From positions 3,868 through 67,867 of the forward strand of contig CAYRIT010000004.1 in assembly GCA_964424415.1 (NCBI GenBank): 64,000 nt of DNA. Reading direction: 5' to 3'. Source of the stretch: an uncultured Hydrogenophaga sp. (lineage in GTDB: Bacteria > Pseudomonadota > Gammaproteobacteria > Burkholderiales > Burkholderiaceae_C). The stretch's first letter is position 1; the number at the start of each line of letters is the position of its first letter. A program made the translations under genes and the position numbers. This document shows positions 1 through 10,172 of the stretch, piece after piece. The notes under the pieces are model-generated. The model saw only the letters and a list, made by a program, of their open reading frames with translations. It had not been told where the DNA came from and ran no database searches.

Positions 1-375
1 CGGCCACCAGCACCTCCGGCTTGATCGAGCGGTGCTCGTTTTTCGCGTATGCGGGTGTGGGGTAGGCGGTGCGTTCGGAATTCGGATCTGCGAGCTCGGC
101 ATCGTGCTTGGGCAATTCAGCAAGCTGCTCAGGCGTGCGGCGCATGATCCATACGGGCTTGCCGCGCCACTCCACCACGCGCTTTTCGCCGGGCTGCAAC
201 GTCGAGATGTCGACCTGCACAGCGGCACCGGCGGCCTTGGCCTTCTCGGATGGCTGAAAACTGCTCACGAACGGCACGGCGACTGCGGCTGCGCCGACGC
301 CGCCCATGGCGGCGGAGGTAATCAGCCACGTGCGACGGCTGTTATCGACGTTGGCACCGACGGTTGCTTCACTCA
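1..375 (-). CDS. petA: Cytochrome bc1 Rieske iron-sulfur subunit, N-terminal part only (gene runs off the window start)
   Basis: My own reverse-strand translation from ATG at 375-373 reads [81 protein letters not shown]... It has a twin-arginine signal-anchor (SRRTWL) and the PSEKA and EWRGKPVWI contexts typical of proteobacterial PetA. It is absent from the ORF track because there is no stop codon inside the window. Confidence 0.85.
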
Positions 376-697
376 TGGGGGACTTTCTGAAACGGGGCGT
401 GTACGGGGGACAGCACACGATTCTAACGGACCGCGTAACACGGTTTTGTGGATATCGCGGGAATCAGCGGAGCCACGATCCGCCTTTTGCTCAAAGCCGG
501 GACAGAGGCCGAGCCGCCATCGACGCCATGCGTTACATGGCGCAGGTTTCCGGTGTGTCAGAATGCCGCACACCATCCAAGTGAAGCCTTCCGCTGATCA
601 GCCTACCAGCGCGTCGGACACCAGATACGAAGCGCGGGACACGCTGGCCAAGCACTCGGATACCCGCGGGCACCCCATTCGCAACAGGAGAAAATCC

Positions 698-1120
698 ATG
701 GGCATGATGCAAGAGTTCAAGGAGTTTGCTGTCAAAGGCAACGTGATCGATCTGGCAGTCGGTGTGATCATCGGCGGCGCCTTTGGCAAGATCGTGACCT
801 CGATGGTGGAAGACATCATCATGCCCATCGTGGGGGCCATTTTTGGCAACCTCGACTTCACCAACCTCTTCATCGCGCTGGGGAAGGTGCCCGAAGGTAC
901 GGCACACACACTGGCAGCGCTCAAGCAAGCGGGTGTGCCCACCCTCGCCTATGGCAATTTCATCACCGTGGCAATCAACTTCACCATCCTGGCCTTCATC
1001 ATTTTCATGATGATCAAACAGGTGAACCGCCTCAAGCGCGAAGTGCCGCCCGCACCACCTGCCGCGCCGCCGGAGGATGTGGTGCTGCTGCGTGAAATTC
1101 GCGACAGCCTGCGCAAGTAA
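698..1120 (+). CDS. mscL: Large-conductance mechanosensitive channel MscL
   Basis: This is the last 140 codons of ORF 32..1120. ATG at 698 is preceded by AGGAG (686-690). [33 protein letters not shown] is the canonical MscL N-terminus and TM1. Confidence 0.95.
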   Translation: MGMMQEFKEFAVKGNVIDLAVGVIIGGAFGKIVTSMVEDIIMPIVGAIFGNLDFTNLFIALGKVPEGTAHTLAALKQAGVPTLAYGNFITVAINFTILAFIIFMMIKQVNRLKREVPPAPPAAPPEDVVLLREIRDSLRK

Positions 1121-1135
1121 AACCACCCTCTCGCT

Positions 1136-1186
1136 GTCGCGGGCGAATCAGACCTTGAGCGGCACGCGGATCGCGACTCTTTTTTT
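1136..1186 (+). terminator. Possible intrinsic terminator after mscL (weak stem, strong T-run)
   Basis: GC-rich dyad GTCGCG (1136-1141) / CGCGAC (1172-1177) with an inner CGCG-gat-CGCG, followed by a T7 run at 1180-1186. It lies in the convergent mscL/pdxA gap. The outer stem closes a loop of about 30 nt. Confidence 0.35.
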
Positions 1187-2264
1187 ACACGCCCCCAGGC
1201 GCCTGAGTTGCGGTCATGGCGAGGGCGGCGTCAATCGCTGCCAGCAGACTGTCCGGGCTGGCCCGTCCGGTGCCCGCCAGATCGAAAGCGGTGCCATGGT
1301 CCGGACTGGTGCGCACCAGCGGCAAACCCAGCGTGGTGTTCACACCATGCTCCAGACCCATGAGCTTGACGGGGATCAGGCCCTGGTCGTGGTACATGGC
1401 CAGCACCAGGTCGAACTCGCCTTGGCGGGCACGCATGAACACCGTGTCGGGCGCGTGTGGCCCGGTGGCATCGATGCCTTGCAGCCGCGCCAGCGCCACC
1501 GCAGGCGCGATCGCCTCGATTTCCTCGCGGCCGAACAATCCGCCCTCTCCCGCGTGCGGGTTGAGCCCCGCCACGCCGATGCGCACGCCAGGCCAGCCAC
1601 AGCGCTCGAAATGGCGTGCGGTGATGCGCAGCGTCTCCAGCACCTGCGCCTCGCTCACACAAGCGATGGCATCGCGCAATGACAGGTGGATGCTCACCAG
1701 CACCGTTCGCAGCTCCGGACAACTGAGCATCATGCGCACCGGCATCTGCTTGATGGACACCCCGTGGTGCTCGGCCGCCAGCGCCTGCAACATCTCGGTA
1801 TGGCCCGGATAGGGTTCACCCGCAGCCGCCAAGGCTTCTTTGTGGATCGGCGCGGTCACCATCGCACTGCAGCGTCCGTCCAGAACCGAAGCCGCTGCCC
1901 AGCGGATCGTATCGGCAGCCACCCGGCCAGCGACCTCGCTGACGCGCCCGAGCGGCACGGTCGGATGGGGTGAGCAGGCCTGCACCACCGCCAGACAGCC
2001 GGTCGGCACGCTATCCAGCGCATCGCAGCCACCGACCTCTGCCAGCATCACCGGCGGCACACCGCTGCTCAGAAAACCCGCCGCACGGCGCAGCGTAGGC
2101 ACGTCCCCCGCCACCAGCAAACGGGGCAGCAGGTCGGGACGCTGCTGCACCGCCTTGAGCACGATCTCCGGCCCGATGCCGGCCGGGTCTCCCTGGGTCA
2201 CCACCAGCGGCCGGATGGATCGCTGTGTGGCTCCGGCGTGGGCGGCTATTGGTATCGAGGTCAT
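1185..2264 (-). CDS. pdxA: 4-hydroxythreonine-4-phosphate dehydrogenase PdxA
   Basis: Motifs LVVTQGDPAGIGPEI, GHTEML, NPHAGEGG and SPDHGTAFD. Start chosen at MTSIPIA (ATG 2264), which overlaps the upstream stop as ATGA. The longer ORF-track start (2390) lies inside the upstream gene. Confidence 0.93.
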   Translation of the reverse strand: MTSIPIAAHAGATQRSIRPLVVTQGDPAGIGPEIVLKAVQQRPDLLPRLLVAGDVPTLRRAAGFLSSGVPPVMLAEVGGCDALDSVPTGCLAVVQACSPHPTVPLGRVSEVAGRVAADTIRWAAASVLDGRCSAMVTAPIHKEALAAAGEPYPGHTEMLQALAAEHHGVSIKQMPVRMMLSCPELRTVLVSIHLSLRDAIACVSEAQVLETLRITARHFERCGWPGVRIGVAGLNPHAGEGGLFGREEIEAIAPAVALARLQGIDATGPHAPDTVFMRARQGEFDLVLAMYHDQGLIPVKLMGLEHGVNTTLGLPLVRTSPDHGTAFDLAGTGRASPDSLLAAIDAALAMTATQAPGGV

Positions 2265-3058
2265 GCCGGATTGGGGATGTCGATGAATTCGTGCGCGAGC
2301 CCCAGCTGCTCGGCCATCGCAGCCCCCACCGCCCGGACGCCGTAGCGCTCGGAGGCATGGTGTCCGCAGGCGATGTAGGCCACGCCACACTCCCGCGCGT
2401 AGTGGACCTGCGGCTCGGATATTTCGCCGGTGATGAACACGTCAGCACCCGCGGCAATCGCTGACTCGAAATAACTCTGGGCACCGCCGGTGCACAAAGC
2501 GATGCGCTCCATGCGCCGATCGGCCCCAGCCACCAGCGTGACCGGTCGCCCCAGCACCGACGCCACATGATCCGCGAGTGCCTGCGCGGAGTCCATCGAT
2601 CGCCGTCCCAGGAAACCCAGGGATTGGTCGCCAAAACGGCCCGATTCCGGTGGCAGCAGCGCAATGCCCAGCACGCGGGCCAGTTGCGCGTTGTTGCCCA
2701 GCACCGGATGGGCATCGAGCGGCAGGTGGTAGGCGAAGAGGTTGACGTCGCGGGCCAGCAGGCGCGAGAGGCGCTGCTTCATCCATCCGGTCACCCGGCC
2801 ATCCTGACCGCGCCAGAACAGCCCGTGGTGCACCAGGATCGCGTCGGCACGCGCGGCGATCGCGGCCTCGATCAGCGCCAGGCTGGCGGTCACCCCCGTG
2901 ACCAGCTTGCGCACCAAGGGGCCCCCTTCCACCTGCAGGCCATTGGGTCCGTAATCCCGATACTCGGCCGGCTGAAGCAAGCCATCAAGCGCTGCGAGCA
3001 GCGCCTGGCGAGAAACCGGCGGATCCACTGGATTGGGCAGAGAGGATGGGTGGGTCAT
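2261..3058 (-). CDS. Nif3-like dinuclear metal-centre protein (YbgI / GTP cyclohydrolase 1 type 2 homolog)
   Basis: MTHPSS...YGPNGLQVEG...ILVHHGLFW...AYHLPLDAHP...GHHASERYG are typical NIF3-family motifs. ATG at 3058. Confidence 0.88.
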   Translation of the reverse strand: MTHPSSLPNPVDPPVSRQALLAALDGLLQPAEYRDYGPNGLQVEGGPLVRKLVTGVTASLALIEAAIAARADAILVHHGLFWRGQDGRVTGWMKQRLSRLLARDVNLFAYHLPLDAHPVLGNNAQLARVLGIALLPPESGRFGDQSLGFLGRRSMDSAQALADHVASVLGRPVTLVAGADRRMERIALCTGGAQSYFESAIAAGADVFITGEISEPQVHYARECGVAYIACGHHASERYGVRAVGAAMAEQLGLAHEFIDIPNPA

Positions 3059-3193
3059 GACGTTACCGACACAGGCGGCGAAACAGGCAAAGCAACAGCA
3101 CGCCCACACGCGTCTGCCATTCTGACAGCCACGACACCCGTCCTGTGCCGTTGACGCCGCAATGCAGCACAAGCGCTGCCTGCGGCAGGCGGC

Positions 3194-3334
3194 TCAGCCT
3201 TGCTGGCGCTCCGACTCGTCCATCTTCCGGTTGAAAAAACGGTAGTACCACACCCCCATACCCAGCATGAAGACGATCACGCCGATGCTGAACAACCCGT
3301 AGTCGGTCGAAAACAGATCCACAAACAACTTCAT
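3194..3334 (-). CDS. Small single-TM protein, DUF3149-like
   Basis: MKLFVDLFSTDYGLFSIGVIVFMLGMGVWYYRFFNRKMDESERQQG (46 aa). It matches my memory of the DUF3149 pattern (DLFSTDYGL plus one TM helix and a basic tail). ATG at 3334. Confidence 0.6.
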   Translation of the reverse strand: MKLFVDLFSTDYGLFSIGVIVFMLGMGVWYYRFFNRKMDESERQQG

Positions 3335-3505
3335 GACCCACACCTTCTTTTGATGGTTTATTGACAGATCCATTGCAACCGCTGGAAGCCAATCGTGCAT
3401 TGACTTGTGTCAACCGGCTTGAAGGCGGCGGCATCGCAACCATATGCAGGACAATTGCGCCTGGGTCAAACCTTGAACCCTACCCGATACCACTCGCCTC
3501 ACAAG

Positions 3506-4654
3506 ATGAAACGACTCTGGCTTGTATTTGCCCAATCCGTGACCGTGCTGCTCGCCGCGTTTTTTGTGGTCGCCACGCTCAAACCCGACTGGCTCAACCG
3601 CAAACCGGTGATGGCTTCGGTGGTGCCGGTGCTGGAGTCCAGCGGGCCTGCTCATACCAGTGGGCCGGGCCTGCAGAGCTTCAGTTCGGCCGCGCGGGTC
3701 GCCTCGCCAGCGGTGGTGAGCATCAACACCAGCAAGGCCGTCGCCAACAACCCGGCCACCGCCGACCCCTGGTTTCGCTTCTTTTTTGGCGAACAGGACT
3801 CTTCGCAGCCGCAGGCCGGACTGGGTTCGGGCGTGATCGTGAGCCCGGCCGGCTACATCCTCACCAACAACCATGTGGTTGAGGAAGCCGACGAAATCGA
3901 GGTATTCCTCAATGACGGGCGCAAGGGCGCGGCCAAGGTGATCGGGACCGACCCGGAAACCGATCTCGCGATCCTGAAGGTCGACCTGGGCGACCTGCCG
4001 GTGATCACGCTGGGCGATTCTGACGCGCTCGCCATCGGCGACCTGGTGCTGGCCATCGGCAACCCGTTTGGCGTCGGGCAGACGGTGACCAGTGGCATCG
4101 TGAGTGCGCTGGGTCGCACCGAGCTGGGCATCAACACGTTTGAAAATTTCATACAGACCGATGCCGCCATCAACCCGGGCAATTCGGGCGGTGCGCTGGT
4201 GGACATCCAGGGCCACCTCATGGGGATCAACACCGCAATTTATTCGCGCTCGGGTGGCTCCATGGGCATCGGATTTGCCATCCCCACGTCCACTGCGAAG
4301 AATGTGCTGGAGTCCATCGTGCGCGATGGTCAGGTGACCCGTGGCTGGATCGGCGTGGAACCGCAGGACCTCTCGCCCGAACTGGCAGAGAGTTTTGGCA
4401 TCCCCGCGGGCCAGGGCGTGATCATCACCGGTGTGCTGCAAAACGGCCCGGCCGCGAAGGCGGGCATCCAGCCTGGAGACGTGATCACCGAGGTGGCGGG
4501 CCGCCCGGTGGGCAATGTGGCTCAGCTGCTCTCTGCGGTTGCCGCACTGAAACCGGGGGAGGCGGCCACTCTGGCCGTCACCCGGCGCGACGGCAACCAG
4601 AGCCTGAGCGTCACGCCCGGTCGCCGGCCTGCCTCCACCCCACCGTCTCGCTGA
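3506..4654 (+). CDS. S1C (HtrA/DegS/AlgW-like) serine endoprotease with N-terminal membrane anchor and one PDZ domain
   Basis: Catalytic triad contexts TNNHVV, DLAILK and GNSGGALVD. It has an N-terminal hydrophobic anchor (MKRLWLVFAQSVTVLLAAFFVV) and a C-terminal PDZ-like region (GVIITGVLQNGPAAKAGIQPGDVI). ATG at 3506. Confidence 0.92.
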   Translation: MKRLWLVFAQSVTVLLAAFFVVATLKPDWLNRKPVMASVVPVLESSGPAHTSGPGLQSFSSAARVASPAVVSINTSKAVANNPATADPWFRFFFGEQDSSQPQAGLGSGVIVSPAGYILTNNHVVEEADEIEVFLNDGRKGAAKVIGTDPETDLAILKVDLGDLPVITLGDSDALAIGDLVLAIGNPFGVGQTVTSGIVSALGRTELGINTFENFIQTDAAINPGNSGGALVDIQGHLMGINTAIYSRSGGSMGIGFAIPTSTAKNVLESIVRDGQVTRGWIGVEPQDLSPELAESFGIPAGQGVIITGVLQNGPAAKAGIQPGDVITEVAGRPVGNVAQLLSAVAALKPGEAATLAVTRRDGNQSLSVTPGRRPASTPPSR

Positions 4655-4687
4655 ACCAACCCACGGGCGGCGGTGCCGCGCAACGGT

Positions 4688-5476
4688 CTACTGGCTGGCT
4701 TCTCCGGTTTCCGTCGGTGCGGCAGTGTTCTTCACGAACCACTGCGAGCCCCAGATACCGATCTCATAGAGCAGGCACATGGGCAGTGCCAGCGCGAGCT
4801 GGGAAATCACATCGGGCGGCGTGACGATGGCGGCAACAACAAAAGCCACCACGATGAAGTAGCCGCGAAATTCCTTCAGCTGCTTGGGCGTCACCAGATT
4901 CATCTTGACTGCCAATACCACCACGATCGGCACCTGAAACGCCAGGCCAAACGCGAGATACAGCGAAAGAATGGCCTCGACGTAGGAGGCGATATCGGGT
5001 GTCGCCGCCACACTGGCGGGCGTGAACTTCTGGATGAAGCCAAACATCTTGTCGAGCACAAAGAACTGCACGAATCCGATGCCCGTATAGGCCAGCAAAC
5101 TCCCGAGCGTGATCAGCGGGATCGCAAATTTCTTTTCGTGGCTGTAAAGTCCCGGCGCCACAAAAGCCCAGATCTGGTACATCCACCACGGCAGCGACAG
5201 CAGCAGCGCGGCCATCGCCAGCACCTTGATGGGCACAAAGAACGGTGAAAAAACGCCCACCGCGATCAGTTTTGCGTCGGGCGGCATGTGGGCCCGAATC
5301 GGGACGGCGATCAGGTCGATGAGCCCACTGGGTCCAGGCCAAAAAGCCAGGATAGCCATGCAGATCGCCAGGCCCACGACGCCGTAGATCAGCCGGTCGC
5401 GCAGCTCCATCAGGTGCTGCACGAACGGCTGCTCACTGCCGGCGAGTTCGTCGGGGGAATTATTGGGATCGGGCAT
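4688..5476 (-). CDS. tatC: Twin-arginine translocase subunit TatC
   Basis: FVQHLMELRDRLI..., a multi-TM protein in tatABC order. ATG at 5476 overlaps the tatB stop by 1 nt. Confidence 0.95.
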   Translation of the reverse strand: MPDPNNSPDELAGSEQPFVQHLMELRDRLIYGVVGLAICMAILAFWPGPSGLIDLIAVPIRAHMPPDAKLIAVGVFSPFFVPIKVLAMAALLLSLPWWMYQIWAFVAPGLYSHEKKFAIPLITLGSLLAYTGIGFVQFFVLDKMFGFIQKFTPASVAATPDIASYVEAILSLYLAFGLAFQVPIVVVLAVKMNLVTPKQLKEFRGYFIVVAFVVAAIVTPPDVISQLALALPMCLLYEIGIWGSQWFVKNTAAPTETGEASQ

Positions 5477-5967
5477 CAGCGAGGCACGTTGGGGGAGCGG
5501 GGCCGAAAGCGCGCAACACGCGCCGCCCCCGACTGGGTACGGGTGCGCACGCCGGTGCGCGCCTTGAACCACTGGGGCATGGCCTTTTGCTTAACGCGCC
5601 AGTTCTTCTTGGGGTGTTTGTAGACCGGCGGCGCATCGCTACCGATGTTCTGCAGGGCGTCCGCGCCATAGCCGCTGCCTTCCAGCTCCGCGGTGGCCTC
5701 GGACCAGGATTTTTCGAAATCGGATGCGGTGTTTTTCACCGAGCCCTCCACGTCGCGGGCGGCCGACTCCATCGACTCTTTCATTTTCTTGAGCTCTTCA
5801 AGCTCCATCGAGCGGCTGACCTCGGCCTTGACGTCGGACACGTAGCGTTGGGCCTTGCCCAACAAGGCGCCCACCGTGCGTGCCACCCGCGGCAACTTCT
5901 CCGGCCCAATGACGATGAGCGCCACCGCCCCGATCAGGGCGAGCTTGGAAATGCCCAAGTCAATCAT
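5476..5967 (-). CDS. tatB: Twin-arginine translocase subunit TatB
   Basis: [33 protein letters not shown] is the canonical TatB N-terminus. Confidence 0.93.
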   Translation of the reverse strand: MIDLGISKLALIGAVALIVIGPEKLPRVARTVGALLGKAQRYVSDVKAEVSRSMELEELKKMKESMESAARDVEGSVKNTASDFEKSWSEATAELEGSGYGADALQNIGSDAPPVYKHPKKNWRVKQKAMPQWFKARTGVRTRTQSGAARVARFRPRSPNVPR

Positions 5968-6055
5968 GTGTCAGCGATCCAGGGGTCAGGCGAACGGTAA
6001 GCGACTTGACAGGCCCGCGCATTGAGCGGGGCCACACGCCGCTCCTGCGGCAGCT

Positions 6056-6298
6056 TCAGCTTTTCTGCTTGGCTTCGACGTCGATGGTGTTTTTGTCCAG
6101 GCGCGTGTCCTGCGCGACCTGACCGGCCGGCGCAGCAGCGCTTTCGGCCGGGTCCTGTCCGCCCTCCTTCATGCCGTCCTTGAAGCCCTTGACCGCGCCG
6201 CCGAGGTCCGAGCCGATGTTCTTGAGTTTTTTGGTGCCAAAAACCATCACCACAATGAGCAGCACGATGAGCCAGTGCCAGATCGAAAAGGAACCCAT
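6056..6298 (-). CDS. tatA: Twin-arginine translocase subunit TatA
   Basis: [40 protein letters not shown] is the canonical TatA/E sequence. Confidence 0.95.
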   Translation of the reverse strand: MGSFSIWHWLIVLLIVVMVFGTKKLKNIGSDLGGAVKGFKDGMKEGGQDPAESAAAPAGQVAQDTRLDKNTIDVEAKQKS

Positions 6299-6421
6299 GA
6301 TGTTCTCCAGAGAAGGTGGTCGGCGCGTGGCGCCAAGTGTGGGATTCTAAGCCGCGAGCAGAGTTCACCGGCACCGCAGCGGGTTTTCCCGTGCCCGTCG
6401 GTGGTGGGGCGGCACTGGCGC

Positions 6422-6784
6422 TCAGCCGCGCAGCCAAGGCCGCGGACCGCCCATGACATGCCAGTGCAGATGCTCCACTTCTTGCCCACCTTCGGCGCCG
6501 GTGTTGCACACCATGCGAAAGCCGCCCTCGGGATACGGATTGCACCCTTGCTCCAGCGCGAGCCGCGGAGCAAGCAGCATCATTCGGCCCATCAGCGCAG
6601 CGTCGTCTGGAGACAAATGGGCCATAGAGACGATGTGCCGCTTGGGCACCATGAGAAAGTGCACCGGCGCCCAGGGATGGATATCGTGAAAGACAAACAG
6701 CTCATCGTCCTCGTGGATCTTGTTGGACGGGATCTGACCGGCGATGATCTTGCAGAAAATACAGTTCGGGTCGTGTGTGCTCAT
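6422..6784 (-). CDS. Histidine triad (HIT) family nucleotide hydrolase
   Basis: CIFCKIIAGQIPS plus the HIT motif HLHWHVMGG. ATG at 6784 (MSTHDPN). Confidence 0.9.
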   Translation of the reverse strand: MSTHDPNCIFCKIIAGQIPSNKIHEDDELFVFHDIHPWAPVHFLMVPKRHIVSMAHLSPDDAALMGRMMLLAPRLALEQGCNPYPEGGFRMVCNTGAEGGQEVEHLHWHVMGGPRPWLRG

Positions 6785-6816
6785 GGAAAAACAGACGGAT
6801 AAAAGGCCCGGCGGAA

Positions 6817-7206
6817 TCAGTCGGGCATGGCCTGGCTGGCGTTCATGCGCACCATGCCTTTGACGATGCGGTAGAGAAACCAGAGGGAAATCACGGCCCA
6901 TGCCAACCAGCCGGGCAGAACAAACAGCAGCCACAGCGGGATGGTGACGACATACAGCACCCCCGCCCAGATCACGGTGCGGATGCGCCAGGAGAAATGG
7001 CTGGCCTGCCAGGTGCCCTGGGCATCGGATTTTTTCACCAGATCGATGATGAGCGCGACGACCAGCAGGCCCGCACCGACCTGCGCACCAGGCAACACCG
7101 CAGCCACCGCCACGATCAGATGCAGCAGATAACTGATCCAGCCCACCGTTTTGAGCGACTGGGCCTTTTCGCTGTCGGTCGCCGCCACGTCGATGATGTC
7201 GTTCAC
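6817..7206 (-). CDS. Conserved integral membrane protein (3-4 TM) between hisE and the HIT gene
   Basis: Hydrophobic segments WISYLLHLIVAVAAVL, LLVVALIIDLV and VIWAGVLYVVTIPLWLLFVLPGWLAWAVISLWFLY. GTG at 7206 is preceded by GGGAGAA and lies just after the hisE stop. The ORF-track start (7314) would overlap hisE. Confidence 0.7.
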   Translation of the reverse strand: MNDIIDVAATDSEKAQSLKTVGWISYLLHLIVAVAAVLPGAQVGAGLLVVALIIDLVKKSDAQGTWQASHFSWRIRTVIWAGVLYVVTIPLWLLFVLPGWLAWAVISLWFLYRIVKGMVRMNASQAMPD

Positions 7207-7222
7207 CGCGTTCTCCCGTTGC

Positions 7223-7600
7223 TCACTCGCCGCTCTCGCGCGCCACCGCCTTGCGCAGCGCCTTTTCTTCCAGCCCGCTGAGGCCTTCTCGGCGCTCCAG
7301 TTCGGCCACCACATCGGCCGGTGTCCTGCCGTGATGGGCCAGCGCGATCAGGCAGTGGAACCAGAGATCGGCCACCTCGTTGACCAGCTTCTGGGTGTCG
7401 CCGCCGTGGTCACAGTCTTTGGCCGCGAGCACCACCTCGGTCGCTTCCTCGCCGATCTTTTTCAGGAAAGCGTCCGGGCCTTTGTGCAGCAACCGCGCCA
7501 CGTAGCTTTTGTCGGGATCACCGCCATGGGCCGGCTTGCGGCTCTCGATCACGGCGGCAAGGCGGTCAAGCTTGTCTTGGGACGGTAAGGACGCGTTCAT
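7223..7600 (-). CDS. hisE: Phosphoribosyl-ATP pyrophosphatase HisE
   Basis: [12 protein letters not shown]...[31 protein letters not shown]...EVADLWFH. Its ATG overlaps the hisI stop (ATGA). Confidence 0.95.
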   Translation of the reverse strand: MNASLPSQDKLDRLAAVIESRKPAHGGDPDKSYVARLLHKGPDAFLKKIGEEATEVVLAAKDCDHGGDTQKLVNEVADLWFHCLIALAHHGRTPADVVAELERREGLSGLEEKALRKAVARESGE

Positions 7601-7986
7601 TTGTAGATGGTTCCGGGGTCTTTGAGCACCGGATCAACCGCCCGCCACTCGCCGTTCTCATGGCGTTGGTAGAAGCAGCTGTGGCGCCCGGTGTGGCAGG
7701 CGATGCCAGGTTCGTGGCCAAGCTGGGTGACCTTGAGCAGCACCACGTCGTTGTCGCAGTCCAGGCGGATGTCGTGCACGGTCTGCACATGGCCGGACTC
7801 TTCGCCCTTGAACCAGAGTTTGCCGCGCGATCGGCTGAAGTAGACCGCGCGCCCAAGCTCAGCGGTCTTGGCCAGCGCCTCGCGGTTCATCCACGCGAAC
7901 ATCAGCACATCGCCGCTGTCCGCTTCCTGCGCGATCACCGGCACCAAGCCTTGTGCATCCCATTTCACCCCATCGAGCCAATTCAT
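7597..7986 (-). CDS. hisI: Phosphoribosyl-AMP cyclohydrolase HisI
   Basis: [21 protein letters not shown]...[10 protein letters not shown]...[16 protein letters not shown]...DCDNDVVLL...[15 protein letters not shown] at 7986. The 210-codon upstream extension in the ORF track is an antisense shadow of the gene at 8110..8604. Confidence 0.95.
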   Translation of the reverse strand: MNWLDGVKWDAQGLVPVIAQEADSGDVLMFAWMNREALAKTAELGRAVYFSRSRGKLWFKGEESGHVQTVHDIRLDCDNDVVLLKVTQLGHEPGIACHTGRHSCFYQRHENGEWRAVDPVLKDPGTIYK

Positions 7987-8109
7987 GCCGACGAATCTAC
8001 CATGCGCGTCACACCGCACCACGGCCAACCGGTGCCGGCCAATCGGGGTAGCATGGCCGCCATGCCGCTGGGTCCTGACGACCTCTGCGGCGCACATCCA
8101 GGAGGCCCC

Positions 8110-8604
8110 ATGCGTTTTCGTACCCTGTTGCTGATTGCCATGATTTTGCTGATCGCCGCTTTCGTGGCGCTCAATTTCGAGGCCATCCTCCAGCCCACCC
8201 GCCTCAACCTCGGTCTGTCGGAGGTACAGGCGCCGCTGGGTCTGGTGATGCTGGGCATGCTGGTGGCGGTGCTGGTGGTGTTTTTGTTGGCGCTTGTGTT
8301 TTTTCAGACCAGCCATCTGATGGAGGTGCGCCGCATCACCCGCGAGGCCGCCGAGCAGCGCAACCTGGCCGACAAGGCCGAGGCTTCGCGCTTCACCGAA
8401 CTGCGCGAATTCCTGCGCGCCGAGCTGCAGGCCGCCGCCACGCGCGAAAGCGAGTTGTCGGAAAAGCAACTGCAGCGGATGGACAGCGTGAAAACCGCTC
8501 TCACCCAGACCATCGAACACACCGGCAATGGACTGAATGCCAGTGTGGGCGAGCTGGAAGACCGCTTTGTTCGGCAGTTCCCCCCCGGGCTGGACCGGCC
8601 CTGA
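8110..8604 (+). CDS. Membrane protein with two N-terminal TM helices and a coiled-coil tail (LapA/DUF1049-like)
   Basis: ATG at 8110 with GGAGG at 8101-8105. [23 protein letters not shown]...[23 protein letters not shown] is followed by a charged helical region. Third codon positions are strongly G/C in this frame. It is the only plus-strand gene inside the his/tat gene train. Confidence 0.7.
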   Translation: MRFRTLLLIAMILLIAAFVALNFEAILQPTRLNLGLSEVQAPLGLVMLGMLVAVLVVFLLALVFFQTSHLMEVRRITREAAEQRNLADKAEASRFTELREFLRAELQAAATRESELSEKQLQRMDSVKTALTQTIEHTGNGLNASVGELEDRFVRQFPPGLDRP

Positions 8605-8631
8605 CGGAACCGCCACCGGCTTTGGCCGAGC

Positions 8632-9411
8632 CTAGCGGCGAACCGGGATGCCGCGCTCGGCCATGCGCGCCTTGGCCTGGCCCACGGTGAATTCGCCGTA
8701 GTGAAAAATGCTTGCGGCCAGCACCGCGTCTGCGTGGCCTTGCTGCACGCCGTCGGCCAGGTGGTCCAGCGTGCCCACGCCGCCCGAGGCGATCACGGGG
8801 ATCCCCACCGCATCGGCCACGGTGCGGGTGAGCTCCAGGTCGAACCCGGACTTGGTGCCGTCGCGGTCCATGCTGGTCAGCAGGATTTCGCCGGCGCCAT
8901 AGTCAGCCATCTGCCGGGCCCAGGCCACCGCATCCAGCCCGGTGTTCTTGCGTCCGCCGTGGCTGTAGACGTCCCAGCCCTCGCCGCGTTCAAGCATGTC
9001 GTCACCGAAGCGGCGCTTGGCGTCGATCGCGACCACGATGCATTGCGCACCGTATTTGTCGGAAGCGTCGCGGATCACCTGCGGGTTGGCGATCGCGGCC
9101 GAGTTGAAGCTGGTCTTGTCGGCGCCCGCATTGAGCAGGCGCCGCACGTCGTCCACCGTGCGCACACCGCCGCCCACGGTGAGCGGAATGAACACCTGCG
9201 CGGCCACGGCCTCGATGATGTGCAGGATGACATCGCGACCGTCGCTGGTGGCGGTGATGTCCAGGAAGGTGAGTTCGTCGGCACCCTGCTCGTTGTAGCG
9301 CGCGGCGATTTCCACCGGATCGCCCGCGTCGCGCAGCTCGACAAAGTTGACGCCCTTGACGACACGTCCACCGGTGACGTCCAGGCAGGGGATGATGCGT
9401 TTGGCCAGCAT
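8632..9411 (-). CDS. hisF: Imidazole glycerol phosphate synthase, cyclase subunit HisF
   Basis: [23 protein letters not shown]...[10 protein letters not shown]... Confidence 0.97.
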   Translation of the reverse strand: MLAKRIIPCLDVTGGRVVKGVNFVELRDAGDPVEIAARYNEQGADELTFLDITATSDGRDVILHIIEAVAAQVFIPLTVGGGVRTVDDVRRLLNAGADKTSFNSAAIANPQVIRDASDKYGAQCIVVAIDAKRRFGDDMLERGEGWDVYSHGGRKNTGLDAVAWARQMADYGAGEILLTSMDRDGTKSGFDLELTRTVADAVGIPVIASGGVGTLDHLADGVQQGHADAVLAASIFHYGEFTVGQAKARMAERGIPVRR

Positions 9412-9415
9412 CGGG

Positions 9416-10156
9416 TTAACCGTTCAAGTCGTCGGCCAGCTGCTGCGCTACCTCGAAATCGAGATCGCCGCTGTAGATGGAACGGCCGCAGATCACCCCC
9501 TCGACCCCTTCGTCTTCCACCGCGCAGAGCTGGCGGATGTCTTCCAGGTTCGACAGGCCACCGGAGGCAATGACGGGGATGGACAGGGCTTGCGCGAGCT
9601 TCACGGTGGCTTCGATATTGATGCCACTCAACATGCCGTCGCGCCCGATGTCGGTGTAGATGATGCCTTCGACGCCGTAGTCTTCGAACTTCTTGCCCAG
9701 GTCCACCACCTCATGGCCGGTGAGCTTGCTCCAGCCGTCGGTGGCCACCTTGCCATCCTTGGCGTCCAGGCCCACGATGATGTGGCCACCGAACGCGGTG
9801 CAGGCGTCCTGCAGGAACCCCGGGTTCTTGACCGCCGCGGTGCCGATGATCACGTAGCGCAGACCGGCATCGAGATACCGCTCGATGGTGTCGAGGTCGC
9901 GAATGCCGCCGCCCAGCTGCACGTCCACCTCCGCGCCGACCTCCTTCAGGATCGCTCGGATCGCTTGCTCGTTTTTGGGCTTACCAGCGAAGGCACCGTT
10001 CAGATCCACCAGGTGCACGCGGCGTGCGCCCTTGTCGACCCAGTTGCGCGCCATGGCCGCAGGGTCTTCACCGAACACGGTGGATTGGTCCATGTCGCCT
10101 TGCTTGAGGCGCACACACTGTCCGTCTTTGAGGTCAATGGCAGGAATCAGCAGCAT
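9416..10156 (-). CDS. hisA: ProFAR isomerase HisA
   Basis: [22 protein letters not shown]...VHLVDLNGA... ATG at 10156. The ORF-track N-terminal extension overlaps hisH. Confidence 0.96.
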   Translation of the reverse strand: MLLIPAIDLKDGQCVRLKQGDMDQSTVFGEDPAAMARNWVDKGARRVHLVDLNGAFAGKPKNEQAIRAILKEVGAEVDVQLGGGIRDLDTIERYLDAGLRYVIIGTAAVKNPGFLQDACTAFGGHIIVGLDAKDGKVATDGWSKLTGHEVVDLGKKFEDYGVEGIIYTDIGRDGMLSGINIEATVKLAQALSIPVIASGGLSNLEDIRQLCAVEDEGVEGVICGRSIYSGDLDFEVAQQLADDLNG

Positions 10157-10172
10157 GATGGTCTGAGGGAGC

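Noticed and set aside
32-1120. 362-aa plus-strand ORF in the track
   Set aside because: Only the last 140 codons (from ATG 698 with an AGGAG RBS) are MscL. The upstream part overlaps the minus-strand petA 5' end and the divergent promoter region, and it translates to Gly/Arg-rich nonsense.
7597-8616. 339-aa minus-strand ORF that would give HisI a 210-residue N-terminal extension
   Set aside because: The extension is His/Gln/Gly/Arg-rich low complexity and is the antisense shadow of the plus-strand membrane-protein gene at 8110-8604. The canonical HisI start MNWLDG lies at 7986.
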